This document shows positions 10,829 through 22,030 of a DNA stretch of 35,250 bases, piece after piece; position 1 is the stretch's first letter; each line of letters opens with the position of its first letter. The position numbers and the translations under genes were made by a program. The DNA lies in assembly GCA_035389145.1 (NCBI GenBank), contig DAOORH010000001.1, forward strand, positions 1 to 35,250. Direction: 5' to 3'. The notes under the pieces were generated by a model. The model made no database searches. It saw only the letters and a program-made list of their open reading frames with translations, and was not told the origin of the DNA. This stretch comes from Cellvibrio sp. Lineage in GTDB: Bacteria; Pseudomonadota; Gammaproteobacteria; Pseudomonadales; Cellvibrionaceae.

Positions 10829-11755
10829 TTATTTTTTAGCAAATACCTTACTTATTCCAGAGACCACCAACAACACGATTGCCCCGACAATAATCCCCAA
10901 AATCATATTGGCCAATGAACCGCCAACACCCGCGACAAGGCTGCCGTAATGGTGTTGCAAGCTGTGTTCAAGGTTATGCATAAAGGAAATGCCATGGGCG
11001 AGAATGCCGCCACCCACCAAAAACATGGCAGCTGTACCCACTACCGACAAAAACTTCATCAACTTGGGGGCGGTTAACAGCAGCCCCTTGCCCAGACTGT
11101 GTTGGATAGAGACCCAGGCTCCCTGCCCATGCGCGCGCAGCAGGTGCAAACCCATATCATCCAACTTCACGATAAGAGCCACAAAACCATAGACGCCAAC
11201 TGTCATCAGAATTGCGACAGTGATAACCGTGGCCACCTGAGTTGTAAAACTTGCAGTGGCAATCGCACCCAAGGTGATAACAATAATTTCAGCAGATAAA
11301 ACAAAGTCAGTACGAATTGCGCCTTTGATTTTTTCTTGCTCAAAGGCAACCATATCGATGGCAGGATTAGCGACGGCTTCTGCCAATTCTTTTTGATGCT
11401 GTTGCTCTTCTGCCTCACTGTGCAAAAATTTGTGTGCAAGCTTTTCAACACCCTCGTAACACAAATAAGCTCCGCCAATCATCAGCAAAGGTGTAATCAG
11501 CCAAGGGACAAATGCGCTAATCAACAAAGCTGCCGGAACTAAAATCGCTTTGTTAACAAAAGAACCCTTGGCGACCGCCCAAACCACGGGCAATTCGCGA
11601 CTTGCCTGCACGCCGGATACTTGCTGTGCGTTAAGCGCTAAATCATCGCCTAACACACCCGCCGTTTTTTTAGCGGCGACTTTGGTCATAACCGCGACGT
11701 CATCTAAAACGGCAGCGATATCATCAAGAAGTAGTAATAAGCTGGAACCGGCCAT
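10829..11755 (-). CDS. yedI: DUF808 family inner membrane protein
   Basis: [48 protein letters not shown] and [12 protein letters not shown] are characteristic of YedI/DUF808. Confidence 0.9.
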   Translation of the reverse strand: MAGSSLLLLLDDIAAVLDDVAVMTKVAAKKTAGVLGDDLALNAQQVSGVQASRELPVVWAVAKGSFVNKAILVPAALLISAFVPWLITPLLMIGGAYLCYEGVEKLAHKFLHSEAEEQQHQKELAEAVANPAIDMVAFEQEKIKGAIRTDFVLSAEIIVITLGAIATASFTTQVATVITVAILMTVGVYGFVALIVKLDDMGLHLLRAHGQGAWVSIQHSLGKGLLLTAPKLMKFLSVVGTAAMFLVGGGILAHGISFMHNLEHSLQHHYGSLVAGVGGSLANMILGIIVGAIVLLVVSGISKVFAKK

Positions 11756-11780
11756 AAAAATTCCTATTCGTGAATATTGA

Positions 11781-13207
<1,427 letters not shown>

Positions 13208-13216
13208 TGAATGACC

Positions 13217-13717
13217 TCAATAGGGATAAAAATAGACGCAAGCCTGCAATACAATAAACGCGTATATTCCGGCCAATACATCATCAATCATAATGCCAAA
13301 GCCGCCGCCGACTTTGCGGTCTAACCAACCAATAGGCCAAGGTTTAATAATGTCGAAGAAACGAAACAGCACAAAACCGAGCAGCATCCAAAGCCACCCT
13401 GCTGGCGCTAGAAACATGGTAATCCAGTAGCCGACAAATTCATCCCACACAATTCCGCCATGATCATGCACACCCAATTGTTTGGAGGAACGATCGCACC
13501 AGTAAACACCCAACGCAAAAGTTACGATTAACCATGTGGCATAAATCGGCCAAGACAAATCTTGAATCAACCAATAAATAGGTACAGCAGCCAAGGTGCC
13601 AAAAGTCCCCGGCGCTTTAGGCGCTAAACCACTGCCGAAACCAAATGCAAAAAAATGATCGAGATTGGTCAGGAGCTGTTTAAAGCTGGGCGTATTCATA
13701 TTTTTAGAAGTCGTCAT
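13217..13717 (-). CDS. pgpA: Phosphatidylglycerophosphatase A
   Basis: GFGSGLAPKAPGTFGT, IVWDEFVG, FRFFDIIKPWPI and GIMIDDVLAG motifs. Confidence 0.96.
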   Translation of the reverse strand: MTTSKNMNTPSFKQLLTNLDHFFAFGFGSGLAPKAPGTFGTLAAVPIYWLIQDLSWPIYATWLIVTFALGVYWCDRSSKQLGVHDHGGIVWDEFVGYWITMFLAPAGWLWMLLGFVLFRFFDIIKPWPIGWLDRKVGGGFGIMIDDVLAGIYAFIVLQACVYFYPY

Positions 13718-13765
13718 AACATGTGCCTAAACGCTTAAAAACAATATCAAATAAAAACGTAACCA

Positions 13766-14755
13766 TTAAAAATGCTGGTAACCCTGCACAGCCAATTCAA
13801 ATAGCTCGCCTTCTAATTCACAATGCACACCGCTGCCAGCAACAATTTCACCCACTACACTGGCGTGAATTTTTCCTTCGGCAATTAACATGGCAAGCTC
13901 AGGCATTTTTTCGGGCGATACAGTAAAACATAACTCGTAATCGTCGCCACCGCTAAGCGCCCACCTACGCGCTTGCTGTAAATCACTTACGGCGATTAAC
14001 GCAGGCGATAGCGGTAAGTTTTCCACATCGATAACCGCACCTAAATCGCTGGCTTCGCAAATATGATTTAAATCGGCCACTAAACCATCGGAAATATCGA
14101 GCGCTGCGCCAGCAATACCGCGCAATAAATTAGATTCCAGCAAGCGCGGTATAGGGCGATAAAAACGCTCGCGCAAATAGGTTTGATGTTCATCATTAAG
14201 TTCTAAACGATTTTGAATCACCGCTAAAGCCGCAGCGCCATCTCCCAGATAATTGGTAACGCAGACAAAATCGCCAATGCTGGCGCCATCGCGCCGCAAA
14301 GCTTGATGGGATTCAACGGCACCCATAATTTGAATGGTAATACTTAAAGGGCCAGAGGTTGTATCACCACCCACCAACACAATTTCGTAGTGATTAGCGG
14401 TGCGAAATAAACCGCGACTAAAACTGCGCAGCCATTCTTCGCTCACATATTCAGAATTTTTAGGCAGCGTTAATGCAAGCGTAAACCACAATGGCTCTGC
14501 TCCCATTGCCGCCAAATCACTGAGATTGGTGCGCAGCGCGCGTTCGGCAATATCTTCAGGCTTGGCATCGGCAGGAAAGTGAACATCCGCAACTAGCGTA
14601 TCAACAGAAACCGCTAGTTGCTTATTTGCAGGAATTTGTAAGAGCGCACAATCATCGCCGATACCCAAGACCACACTCGCTTGCGCCTTTTCTTCTAGCA
14701 AAAGGTCTGCTTGCTCGCGCTGAAAAAATTGTTGGATAAGTTGGAATTCGCGCAT
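13766..14755 (-). CDS. thiL: Thiamine-phosphate kinase
   Basis: GIGDDCA, NLSDLAAMGA, LVGGDTT, DISDGL and GGDDYELCFT motifs. Confidence 0.97.
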   Translation of the reverse strand: MREFQLIQQFFQREQADLLLEEKAQASVVLGIGDDCALLQIPANKQLAVSVDTLVADVHFPADAKPEDIAERALRTNLSDLAAMGAEPLWFTLALTLPKNSEYVSEEWLRSFSRGLFRTANHYEIVLVGGDTTSGPLSITIQIMGAVESHQALRRDGASIGDFVCVTNYLGDGAAALAVIQNRLELNDEHQTYLRERFYRPIPRLLESNLLRGIAGAALDISDGLVADLNHICEASDLGAVIDVENLPLSPALIAVSDLQQARRWALSGGDDYELCFTVSPEKMPELAMLIAEGKIHASVVGEIVAGSGVHCELEGELFELAVQGYQHF

Positions 14756-14778
14756 AAGGATTGATTAGCAGCTAGCGA

Positions 14779-15267
14779 TCAGCTGCCTCTGTTGGCTTTT
14801 ACTTCAGGCGCACGCACAACGGCGGATGTTTTATCCAGTACACCGTTAATAAATTTGTGGCTGTCTTCCGCACCGAATTTTTTCGCGAGCGAAACAGCTT
14901 CGTTAATAACAACTTTATAAGGCACATCGATACGGAATTTTAATTCGTAGGTTGCCATACGCAATAAAGCTTGAGTCACTGGATCTAATTCAAGCAGCGA
15001 GCGTTCAACCAAGAAGGGTTCAAAAGCAGCTTCGATATCAGATAGATGCTCAGGTACGCCGTGCAGTATTTCATGGAAGTATTCAACGTCCACATTGGTC
15101 ATGTCGTTGTCAACACGAAACTCCGCTTCAATGGCATTAATGCTAGAACCAGCCATTTTCCATTGATAAAGTGCTTGCATGGTGTAGTGGCGAGCCATAC
15201 GGCGAGTGGCTGCCGTCTGACCTTTTGGAGCTGAGCCTTTTTGGCCAGAACTATTTGGAGAAGTCAT
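14779..15267 (-). CDS. nusB: Transcription antitermination factor NusB
   Basis: [15 protein letters not shown] and [18 protein letters not shown]...KFINGVLD motifs. Confidence 0.97.
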   Translation of the reverse strand: MTSPNSSGQKGSAPKGQTAATRRMARHYTMQALYQWKMAGSSINAIEAEFRVDNDMTNVDVEYFHEILHGVPEHLSDIEAAFEPFLVERSLLELDPVTQALLRMATYELKFRIDVPYKVVINEAVSLAKKFGAEDSHKFINGVLDKTSAVVRAPEVKANRGS

Positions 15268-15357
15268 TGCATTTACCTGATAAAAACGAAAACTGATAAA
15301 GAGCTGAGACTGATAGATTCAGGCTCAAAAAATAATTGGAGAACTTTGCACAAACCG

Positions 15358-15434
15358 TTTTCGTCATGCCCCTGGGCATCCAGCGTCTTAAAAGAAATAA
15401 AAAGTCACTGGATCCCCTTCGGGGATGACGAAAA
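15358..15434. repeat. Inverted pair of CGTC-tagged REP/MITE-like units between ribH and nusB
   Basis: TTTTCGTCATGCCCCTGGGCATCCAG (15358-15383), an AT-rich spacer, then CTGGATCCCCTTCGGGGATGACGAAAA (15408-15434). The termini form a perfect 10-bp inverted repeat and each arm has its own small hairpin. Confidence 0.75.
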
Positions 15435-15440
15435 ATAAGA

Positions 15441-15911
15441 CTAGATATTACTAATAAGAGAAACCATTTCTAACGCTGTGGATGCAGCCTCAACGCCTTT
15501 GTTACCCGCTTTAGTACCAGAGCGCTCTATCGCTTGCTCGATAGAATCCACGGTCAAGACACCAAAAGTAATTGGGATACCGGCGTTCAACGAAACTTGC
15601 GCCAAACCTTTTACGCATTCGCCCGCAACATAATCAAAGTGCGGGGTTCCACCGCGAATTACAGCGCCCAAGGCGATAATTGCATCGAACTCTTTTTTGG
15701 CAGCAATTTTTTGTGCGGTAATTGGGAATTCAAATGCACCCGGCGCGTAATAAATGGTGATGTTTTCGTCTTTAATACCGTGACGACGCAAAGTATCCAA
15801 AGCGCCTTCTTTTAGGCTTTCAACCACAAAACTATTCCAACGGCTCACGATCAACGCATATTTGCCTTTTGATGCCGCGAAATCGCCTTCGATAACTTTA
15901 ATGTTGCTCAT
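15441..15911 (-). CDS. ribH: 6,7-dimethyl-8-ribityllumazine synthase
   Basis: [25 protein letters not shown] and KAGNKG motifs. Confidence 0.98.
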   Translation of the reverse strand: MSNIKVIEGDFAASKGKYALIVSRWNSFVVESLKEGALDTLRRHGIKDENITIYYAPGAFEFPITAQKIAAKKEFDAIIALGAVIRGGTPHFDYVAGECVKGLAQVSLNAGIPITFGVLTVDSIEQAIERSGTKAGNKGVEAASTALEMVSLISNI

Positions 15912-15950
15912 AGTGTTTTCTCTTTAAAAATTAAAAAATTTTCCAGACGG

Positions 15951-17087
15951 TTAAGCATCAGGGCAAACGTATTCAACCACTTCTAAATCAAAGCCCGACA
16001 AAGCCGAGTAGCGCATAGGGGCAGACATAACGCGCATTTTACGCACCCCCAAATCACGCAAGATTTGTGAGCCGGTGCCGACTTGTTTGTACAAAACTTC
16101 TGGGCTGCGGCGTTGTTGTTTACCGCTCAACAACCAATCAATGCTTTCTTCAACTTCGCTGGTGGATTCGTCGTGGCAAATTAGCAAGACAACACCTTTT
16201 CCTTCTTCGCTTACGCGCTTGAGCGCGTCTTGATACGACCATGCTTTTCCGCCGGCAATCGACGGGCGCTGTAAGCTCAGAATATCCCGCGCTAAATCCA
16301 TCACGTGTACGCGAACCAGTGTTGGCTCAGCGGAAATTTCACCTTTCACCATCACAAAATGCAAATCGCCACGCGCCAAATCGCGGTAGGTGCACAAATC
16401 AAATTCACCATAGAGCGTTTCTACTTTGCGGCTGTTAATACAGGCAACGGTTTTCTCTTTGGTTGCGCGGTAGTGAATCAGGTCGGCAATGGTACCGATT
16501 TTTAGGCCATGTTGCTCAGCAAATTGCTCAAGATCTGGTCTGCGCGCCATGCTGCCATCGGCATTCATAACTTCAACAATCACCGCTGCTGGCTCAAAAC
16601 CGGCCAAACGTGCAAGGTCACAACCCGCTTCTGTATGACCTGCACGGCTCATTACACCGCCGGGCTGACTCATTAACGGGAAGATATGACCAGGTTGAAC
16701 AACGTCGGCTGGCTTGGCGTTAGCACGAACGGCAGCGCGAACGGTCAAGGCGCGATCTGCTGCAGATATACCTGTGCTTACGCCTTCGGCGGCTTCAATG
16801 GATACGGTGAAATTCGTGGTGTGCTGGGATTTGTTATCCGTCACCATCAGCGGCAAATCGAGTTGTTTGCAGCGCTCTTGGGTGAGCGTCAGGCAAATCA
16901 AACCGCGCGCGTAGGTCGCCATAAAGTTGATATCTTCTGGGCGCACCTGCTCCGCGACCATAATCAAATCGCCTTCATTTTCACGGTCTTCGTCATCCAT
17001 CAGGATAACCATTTTGCCGTGGCGCATATCTTCAATCAGTTCTTCTATAGTATTAAGCGGGGTGTTGAGTTGCATATAATTTCTCAT
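15951..17087 (-). CDS. ribB: DHBP synthase fused to a degenerate GTP cyclohydrolase II-like domain (RibBA/RibBX type)
   Basis: DDEDRENEGD, FTVSIEA, TGISAADRA, PGHIFPL and RAGHTEA motifs. The C-terminal domain has VRVHVMDLARD in place of RIHSECxxGD...CDC. The true start may be the ATG at 17075. Confidence 0.93.
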   Translation of the reverse strand: MRNYMQLNTPLNTIEELIEDMRHGKMVILMDDEDRENEGDLIMVAEQVRPEDINFMATYARGLICLTLTQERCKQLDLPLMVTDNKSQHTTNFTVSIEAAEGVSTGISAADRALTVRAAVRANAKPADVVQPGHIFPLMSQPGGVMSRAGHTEAGCDLARLAGFEPAAVIVEVMNADGSMARRPDLEQFAEQHGLKIGTIADLIHYRATKEKTVACINSRKVETLYGEFDLCTYRDLARGDLHFVMVKGEISAEPTLVRVHVMDLARDILSLQRPSIAGGKAWSYQDALKRVSEEGKGVVLLICHDESTSEVEESIDWLLSGKQQRRSPEVLYKQVGTGSQILRDLGVRKMRVMSAPMRYSALSGFDLEVVEYVCPDA

Positions 17088-17099
17088 TAAACACTTTGG

Positions 17100-17438
17100 T
17101 TACTGCTTTGGCTTGACCCACTCACCGTTCACATTAACGATGACACAAGCTTGACCATCTTTCTTGGTATGCCTGTTACAACCCGCAAGCGCATCCTCTT
17201 TTGCCATTTCGACAGTTACGCGATCCGAACGCCAATTCCAATGACCATCTGGCGATTGTGCAAAAGCTTTATTTTGCTGTTGGAGAAGATATTCTTCTTT
17301 GTAGCTTTTCAACGCAGCATTAGTGCGCAAAATACTTTCATCACTATTAACAATACTTTCACTAGACTGTGATCCGCTTTGATCAGCACCTGCGCATTGC
17401 GCAAAAACCAGCACTGCTAATAAGTATTTCAACTTCAT
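17100..17438 (-). CDS. Small secreted protein, possibly DUF4189-like
   Basis: N-terminal signal peptide; KAFAQSPDGHWNW...AKEDALAGC...CVIVNVNG two-Cys pattern; fills the ribE-ribB gap on the same strand. Confidence 0.7.
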   Translation of the reverse strand: MKLKYLLAVLVFAQCAGADQSGSQSSESIVNSDESILRTNAALKSYKEEYLLQQQNKAFAQSPDGHWNWRSDRVTVEMAKEDALAGCNRHTKKDGQACVIVNVNGEWVKPKQ

Positions 17439-17502
17439 AAATCATCCTTTCTTGTATTGAGATCCAATCATGATAGACGCGATTTAGCTCTGTGGCGTCG
17501 CG

Positions 17503-18165
17503 TCATTTATTAAAGCCATTCTGAGTCAAAAACTCCAAGGTAACACCACTCTGCCCTTCGCTTTCGGCGGCTTTATCACCGAGCATGAGACGCTCCAAAT
17601 AACGCGCGAGCACATCTACCTCTAGATTTACTTTAGTACCAACTTGGTAGCTGTCCATAATCGTCCACTTTAAGGTGTGGGGGACTATGTTTAATTCGAA
17701 TTCTGCGCCATCGACTTTATTCACCGTGAGGCTAGTACCATCCACGGTGATGGAGCCTTTGTGGGCGATGTATTTAGCAATGCCTTTAGGTGCGCGAATA
17801 CGGAAACGTTCGGAACGGGCGTCTGGAAAGCGGCTGACAACTTCACCAACACCATCCACGTGGCCGCTGACGATATGGCCGCCTAAACGGGTTTGCGGGG
17901 TGAGTGCTTTTTCCAAGTTCACACGCTGACCGATTTTCCATGCGGGCAAGCTGGTGTTATCGAGGGTTTCGCGGGATACGTCTGCCCAATAGCCATCGCC
18001 AGGCAAATCTACCACGGTTAAGCACACGCCATTAGTGGCGATGGAATCGCCCAATTGTACATCCGCCAAATCCAACCCGTTGGTCTTAATGCGCAAACGC
18101 AGGTCGCCATTTTTAGGCTGCAGGCTTACGACTTCGCCAATGGCCTCGATGATTCCGGTAAACAT
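17503..18165 (-). CDS. ribE: Riboflavin synthase (alpha chain)
   Basis: MFTGII start, GDSIATNGVCLTV, GGHIVSGHVDG and KGSITVDGTSLTV. Called ribC in E. coli. Confidence 0.98.
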   Translation of the reverse strand: MFTGIIEAIGEVVSLQPKNGDLRLRIKTNGLDLADVQLGDSIATNGVCLTVVDLPGDGYWADVSRETLDNTSLPAWKIGQRVNLEKALTPQTRLGGHIVSGHVDGVGEVVSRFPDARSERFRIRAPKGIAKYIAHKGSITVDGTSLTVNKVDGAEFELNIVPHTLKWTIMDSYQVGTKVNLEVDVLARYLERLMLGDKAAESEGQSGVTLEFLTQNGFNK

Positions 18166-18302
18166 AGTTAAGACGTTCCCATAAGTAGCCGTTCGAGCAA
18201 ATCAGTGTGGCGCAGAGTGTATAAGTAGAGACACTAAAGTTCGAGACAGTTTTTAGTGCGCTTTGATCAAAAAACTTAATTGGATTTGCGGCTCTTTCAA
18301 AA

Positions 18303-18884
18303 TCAGGCGACAAAACTATCAGGCGATGCCGCTACCGGTATTTTCAAATCAATTACCTTGGTTTTAGCAATGAGATCATGCAGGCAGCGTTTGTCTGTGC
18401 GAAAAATCAACACTATATCCACTAAACGCAACAGTGGGCCGACGACAGGCACCATGCCCATTAGCCATTGCGACATATAGCGCTGGGCGATTAAAGGTAA
18501 GAATGCAGGCTTTTGATTGCCGAGCGTGACAATGGCGATACCCATAATACGCTTACCGATGGTTTGCCCTCGCTGATACAGCGATGCGCCATGTAAAACA
18601 AAAAATATAAGCTGCGGCGCAAAGACCAAGAGCATTTTATTACCATCAGTCAGCGCATTTATTTTGGCAGAAAGCTCTAGGTAAGCCGCTTGCATATCCG
18701 CTGTATTAGCAGGCTCAAGGCCAAGGTAACGCATCATAAACATCATGCCGAACAGCAACAAAAACACATCAATCGCAAAGGCTAAAAAACGTTTGTGATA
18801 GGCAGCAGTGTTGTCCCTCGCAGTGCTATCCATAGGCGCGCTGGGTTTAGGTTGAAAATCATTAGGCTCTTGAGAATCGTTCAT
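18303..18884 (-). CDS. RDD family membrane protein
   Basis: KRFLAFAID, GQTIGKRIMGI and RCLHDLIAKTKV motifs. The ATG at 18884 overlaps the ribD stop as TAATG. Confidence 0.9.
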   Translation of the reverse strand: MNDSQEPNDFQPKPSAPMDSTARDNTAAYHKRFLAFAIDVFLLLFGMMFMMRYLGLEPANTADMQAAYLELSAKINALTDGNKMLLVFAPQLIFFVLHGASLYQRGQTIGKRIMGIAIVTLGNQKPAFLPLIAQRYMSQWLMGMVPVVGPLLRLVDIVLIFRTDKRCLHDLIAKTKVIDLKIPVAASPDSFVA

Positions 18885-20011
18885 TAATATTCCGTATCTG
18901 GCGTGGCGGTAATTCGCCAATCTGTGCCCACTGCGCGCATATCGCTAATTTTAAGCGGCAAGGCAGAGGACATGGTGTTTAAGGGGAGATCAAACAAGGG
19001 GCGCGCACTGCTGCCGAGCAGTTTGGGCGCCATGTAAATAATAACTTCATCGAGCAGGCCACGCCGTAAAAAACTTGCCGCTAAGGTAGCGCCCGCTTCT
19101 ACTAAGACCTCATTGCATTGGCGCTTTGCCAATTCACTCAAGAGTGCGTTTAGATTGATGCGACCATCTGCCGCAGGCAATGCAAGCAATTCAACATGCG
19201 CGGGCCAATCAGCGAGCTTGTCTGCATTTTCAGCGCTGCCATTATGAACCAACAGAATGGGCGTTTCCTGCGTTAAAATTTTAGCTTTGCGACCAAGGCG
19301 CAGCTTTGAATCCAGCACTACACGTAAAGGTTGTTTAGCAGCGGCGTCTTGTGAATTGAGCAAGTCTAATTCTTCAATACGAACGGTAAGCGATGAGTTA
19401 TCCATCAACACCGAATCTATACCGCTAATAATGGCACAGGAGCGAGCGCGCAAACGCTGTACATCTCCACGGGCTTTTTTGCCGGTGACCCATTGGCTTT
19501 CGCCACTCGCCATAGCGGTGCGGCCATCTAAACTCATGCCCATTTTACAGCGCACAAAGGGCAGCTTGCGTTCCATGCGCTTGATAAAGCCGGGGTTAAG
19601 GGCGCGGGCATCGTCTTCTAATAAAGGGCCATCGACTTGAACGCCGGCTTCACGCAAGTAATCCAAACCACGACCAGCTACCAGTGGATTCGGGTCTTCC
19701 ATCGCAAAGACAACACGCACCACACCGGCATCGACTAGAGCATGACTGCATGGACCCGTTTTACCGGTATGGCTGCAGGGCTCGAGCGTGACATAAGCAG
19801 TAGCACCGCGCGCATTTTCACCAGCAGCAGCCAAAGCATTCACTTCCGCATGACCTTCGCCTGCACGAATATGCCAGCCTTCACCGACCACTTCGCCATT
19901 TTTAACCAACACGCAGCCTACCCGTGGGTTCGGCATAGTCGTGTAGAGGCCACGCTCTGCTAACCGGAGCGCTTGCGCCATAAAAGGATAATCAGCTGAG
20001 GTAATCGGCAT
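18884..20011 (-). CDS. ribD: Bifunctional riboflavin deaminase/reductase
   Basis: PNPRVGC, HAE, TLEPCSHTGKTGPC, SLDGRTA and VLVEAG motifs. Confidence 0.98.
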   Translation of the reverse strand: MPITSADYPFMAQALRLAERGLYTTMPNPRVGCVLVKNGEVVGEGWHIRAGEGHAEVNALAAAGENARGATAYVTLEPCSHTGKTGPCSHALVDAGVVRVVFAMEDPNPLVAGRGLDYLREAGVQVDGPLLEDDARALNPGFIKRMERKLPFVRCKMGMSLDGRTAMASGESQWVTGKKARGDVQRLRARSCAIISGIDSVLMDNSSLTVRIEELDLLNSQDAAAKQPLRVVLDSKLRLGRKAKILTQETPILLVHNGSAENADKLADWPAHVELLALPAADGRINLNALLSELAKRQCNEVLVEAGATLAASFLRRGLLDEVIIYMAPKLLGSSARPLFDLPLNTMSSALPLKISDMRAVGTDWRITATPDTEY

Positions 20012-20039
20012 GCTTAAGGGAATCTATTAGAAGTAGCGG

Positions 20040-20504
20040 TTAGGAATTGTCTGGCTGCTGTTCGAGGCGGTCGATTTCCTGACGGAATTCGTTCAAATCT
20101 TTAAAGCGACGATACACCGACGCGAAGCGCACATAGGCAACTTCATCCAACTTTTGCAGTTGCTCCATAACCTTTTCACCCACCGCAATGGATTTCACTT
20201 CGCGTTCACCGGTAGCCTGCAAGAAATGCTTAATATGATTGATGGAGGATTCGATAGATTCAATGCTGACCGGACGCTTCTCCAGTGCGCGCAATAAACC
20301 GGCGCGCAGTTTGTTTTCGTCGAAGGGTTCGCGGGTGCCGTTTTGTTTGATGATACGCGGCATCACCAATTCGGCCACTTCAAAAGTAGTAAAGCGTTCA
20401 TGGCAGGATAAACACTCGCGACGGCGGCGCACTTGGTCGCCCTCAGCCACAAGGCGGGAATCGATCACTTTGGTATCTTCGGCACTACAAAAAGGACAAT
20501 GCAT
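20040..20504 (-). CDS. nrdR: Transcriptional repressor NrdR
   Basis: MHCPFC...RRRRECLSC zinc ribbon, ATP cone, [10 protein letters not shown]. Start set at the ATG at 20504. Confidence 0.98.
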   Translation of the reverse strand: MHCPFCSAEDTKVIDSRLVAEGDQVRRRRECLSCHERFTTFEVAELVMPRIIKQNGTREPFDENKLRAGLLRALEKRPVSIESIESSINHIKHFLQATGEREVKSIAVGEKVMEQLQKLDEVAYVRFASVYRRFKDLNEFRQEIDRLEQQPDNS

Positions 20505-20539
20505 TGTCTGCAACCCTAAGCTTCTTCAGTAAGGCGCGC

Positions 20540-20548
20540 ATCTTAGCA
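20540..20548 (-). promoter_or_regulatory. Putative extended -10 promoter for the nrdR-rib operon
   Basis: The minus strand reads TGcTAAGAT followed by a GCGCGCC discriminator, about 35 nt upstream of nrdR. Confidence 0.5.
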
Positions 20549-20593
20549 TACCGGTAAACCATTTTTACGCATTCAACTCGTTGCGCAAATAGC

Positions 20594-20616
20594 AAAAAAC
20601 CCAGCCGAAGCTGGGT
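20594..20616 (-). terminator. Intrinsic terminator after the peptidase gene
   Basis: The minus strand reads ACCCAGC-TTCG-GCTGGGT followed by TTTTT. Confidence 0.85.
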
Positions 20617-20689
20617 ATAAAGGAGTCACACACTAACGTTGATTTACTACCTTACTAACACACACTTGAAACGCACTAACGCACAAACT

Positions 20690-22030
20690 TTACTTTTCAT
20701 AAGCATCTGCTAAACCCATGGCCGATCCATACCAAGGCTTACCCGAGAAAAACACAGCATCTCCGGCGCGAAATACTCCTTTGGCACCCAAGGACATTTG
20801 CCCAGCTTTAGCGATAAAGAAATAAGTAATTTTTGGATTAGCCGCTGCAATCGCTTTGGCTTGAGCGAGCGTTAAGGCTTTATCGCGACGAATCTCATTC
20901 GCCCAATTTGCACCGCCATATTGCGCAACATTCAACACCTGTTTAAACACAACAGCGGCGGCCTTAGAAGAACTGGCAACTGAGCTTAAACTGCTTTTTG
21001 CACTGCTGCTGGCGAGACTGGATTTACTACTCGATGAAACAACACCCACCGCTGGAACAGAGGAAGCCTTAGAGCTTATTGCCGAAGACGATTTTTTTGA
21101 ACTTGCCACTGAAGCTACTTTTGAACTCGCTACTGACGACGCTGCTTTTGAACTGAGGGATGATGATGTTTTCGCGCTCGAGATTGAGCTGGATTTGGCT
21201 GTAGATGACGCACTGCTAGATACCGGTGCCGCATAAAACTTCGCAATTTGTGGGCCAGCAATATTTAACGCGTAACGCGCATCCGCACCATTAACAGCAT
21301 CGGTACGGCTAACACCGCATGGTAAATTTTTACACACCAAATCTGGGTTTGAAAATTTGTAAAGTTTGCCGCTCCAGTAATCTACATTAAATTCAGATTG
21401 ATAAGCCATGATGGTGGTAAATTGATTAACAACTCCGTGCCCCAACGCATAAGGAAAAGTACCACCACTACCATCTTGTTTACGCGAATGCTTTAAGCCC
21501 ATGTTGTGCCCTAGCTCATGCGCCGTTACAAAATCACCGCAAGCATTTATGGCAATGTGAGCGAACATATATTTTTTATATAAAGAATTGGAAAAATCAC
21601 CATTTGTTCCCTGCCCGCCAATCCAGGCCAAACCACAGCTTGCCTGCACTGCTTTGTACGGACGATACAAAATTACCATATCTGCCATGGCTTGATCGCG
21701 CGCAGCAGCAACGCCTGAAAAAGCAGGATCTTTTGCCAAAGTAATATCATTTAATGCGGTTTCAGCAGAGTTATCGTCGGTGTAATTCACCATCATCGTT
21801 TTTGCAACCCGCACTTCAAGATTAACGCCGCTGTCTTTATATATTTGATTGGTAACTTGGAAGAGTTGATTGATACGCGTGTTCGGGTTGCCAGCATAAG
21901 CATCCGCTGTACCTTTGGTATAAACCACTAGTACATCGACTACAGCATTTGCGGCTAAAAGCGTGGGAGAAAAACTTAAACAGATCAACGCTATTACAGC
22001 AGATAGCAGTTGCTTTAGAAAAATATTCAT
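20690..22030 (-). CDS. Secreted reprolysin-like (M12) zinc metallopeptidase with Ser-rich linker and unassigned C-terminal domain
   Basis: Signal peptide, then VDVLVVYT first strand, metzincin motif HELGHNMGLKH (21488-21520), Met-turn TIMAY, then FSNP. A Ser-rich linker and a domain of about 85 aa follow. Confidence 0.9.
   Translation of the reverse strand: MNIFLKQLLSAVIALICLSFSPTLLAANAVVDVLVVYTKGTADAYAGNPNTRINQLFQVTNQIYKDSGVNLEVRVAKTMMVNYTDDNSAETALNDITLAKDPAFSGVAAARDQAMADMVILYRPYKAVQASCGLAWIGGQGTNGDFSNSLYKKYMFAHIAINACGDFVTAHELGHNMGLKHSRKQDGSGGTFPYALGHGVVNQFTTIMAYQSEFNVDYWSGKLYKFSNPDLVCKNLPCGVSRTDAVNGADARYALNIAGPQIAKFYAAPVSSSASSTAKSSSISSAKTSSSLSSKAASSVASSKVASVASSKKSSSAISSKASSVPAVGVVSSSSKSSLASSSAKSSLSSVASSSKAAAVVFKQVLNVAQYGGANWANEIRRDKALTLAQAKAIAAANPKITYFFIAKAGQMSLGAKGVFRAGDAVFFSGKPWYGSAMGLADAYEK
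20963..21220 (-). repeat. Low-complexity Ser/Ala/Lys linker inside the peptidase gene
   Basis: Encodes SSSASSTAKSSSISSAKTSSSLSSKAASSVASSKVASVASSKKSSS... using mixed Ser codons. Confidence 0.85.

Noticed and set aside
18166-18302. Possible FMN riboswitch in the rib operon gaps (also 17439-17502 and upstream of nrdR)
   Set aside because: No RFN core such as AGGGCnGGGTGAAATTCCCnACCG was found on either strand.
20963-21220. Ser-rich repeat as a CRISPR array or DNA tandem repeat
   Set aside because: The repetition is at the protein level with varied codons. There is no constant repeat-spacer pattern.
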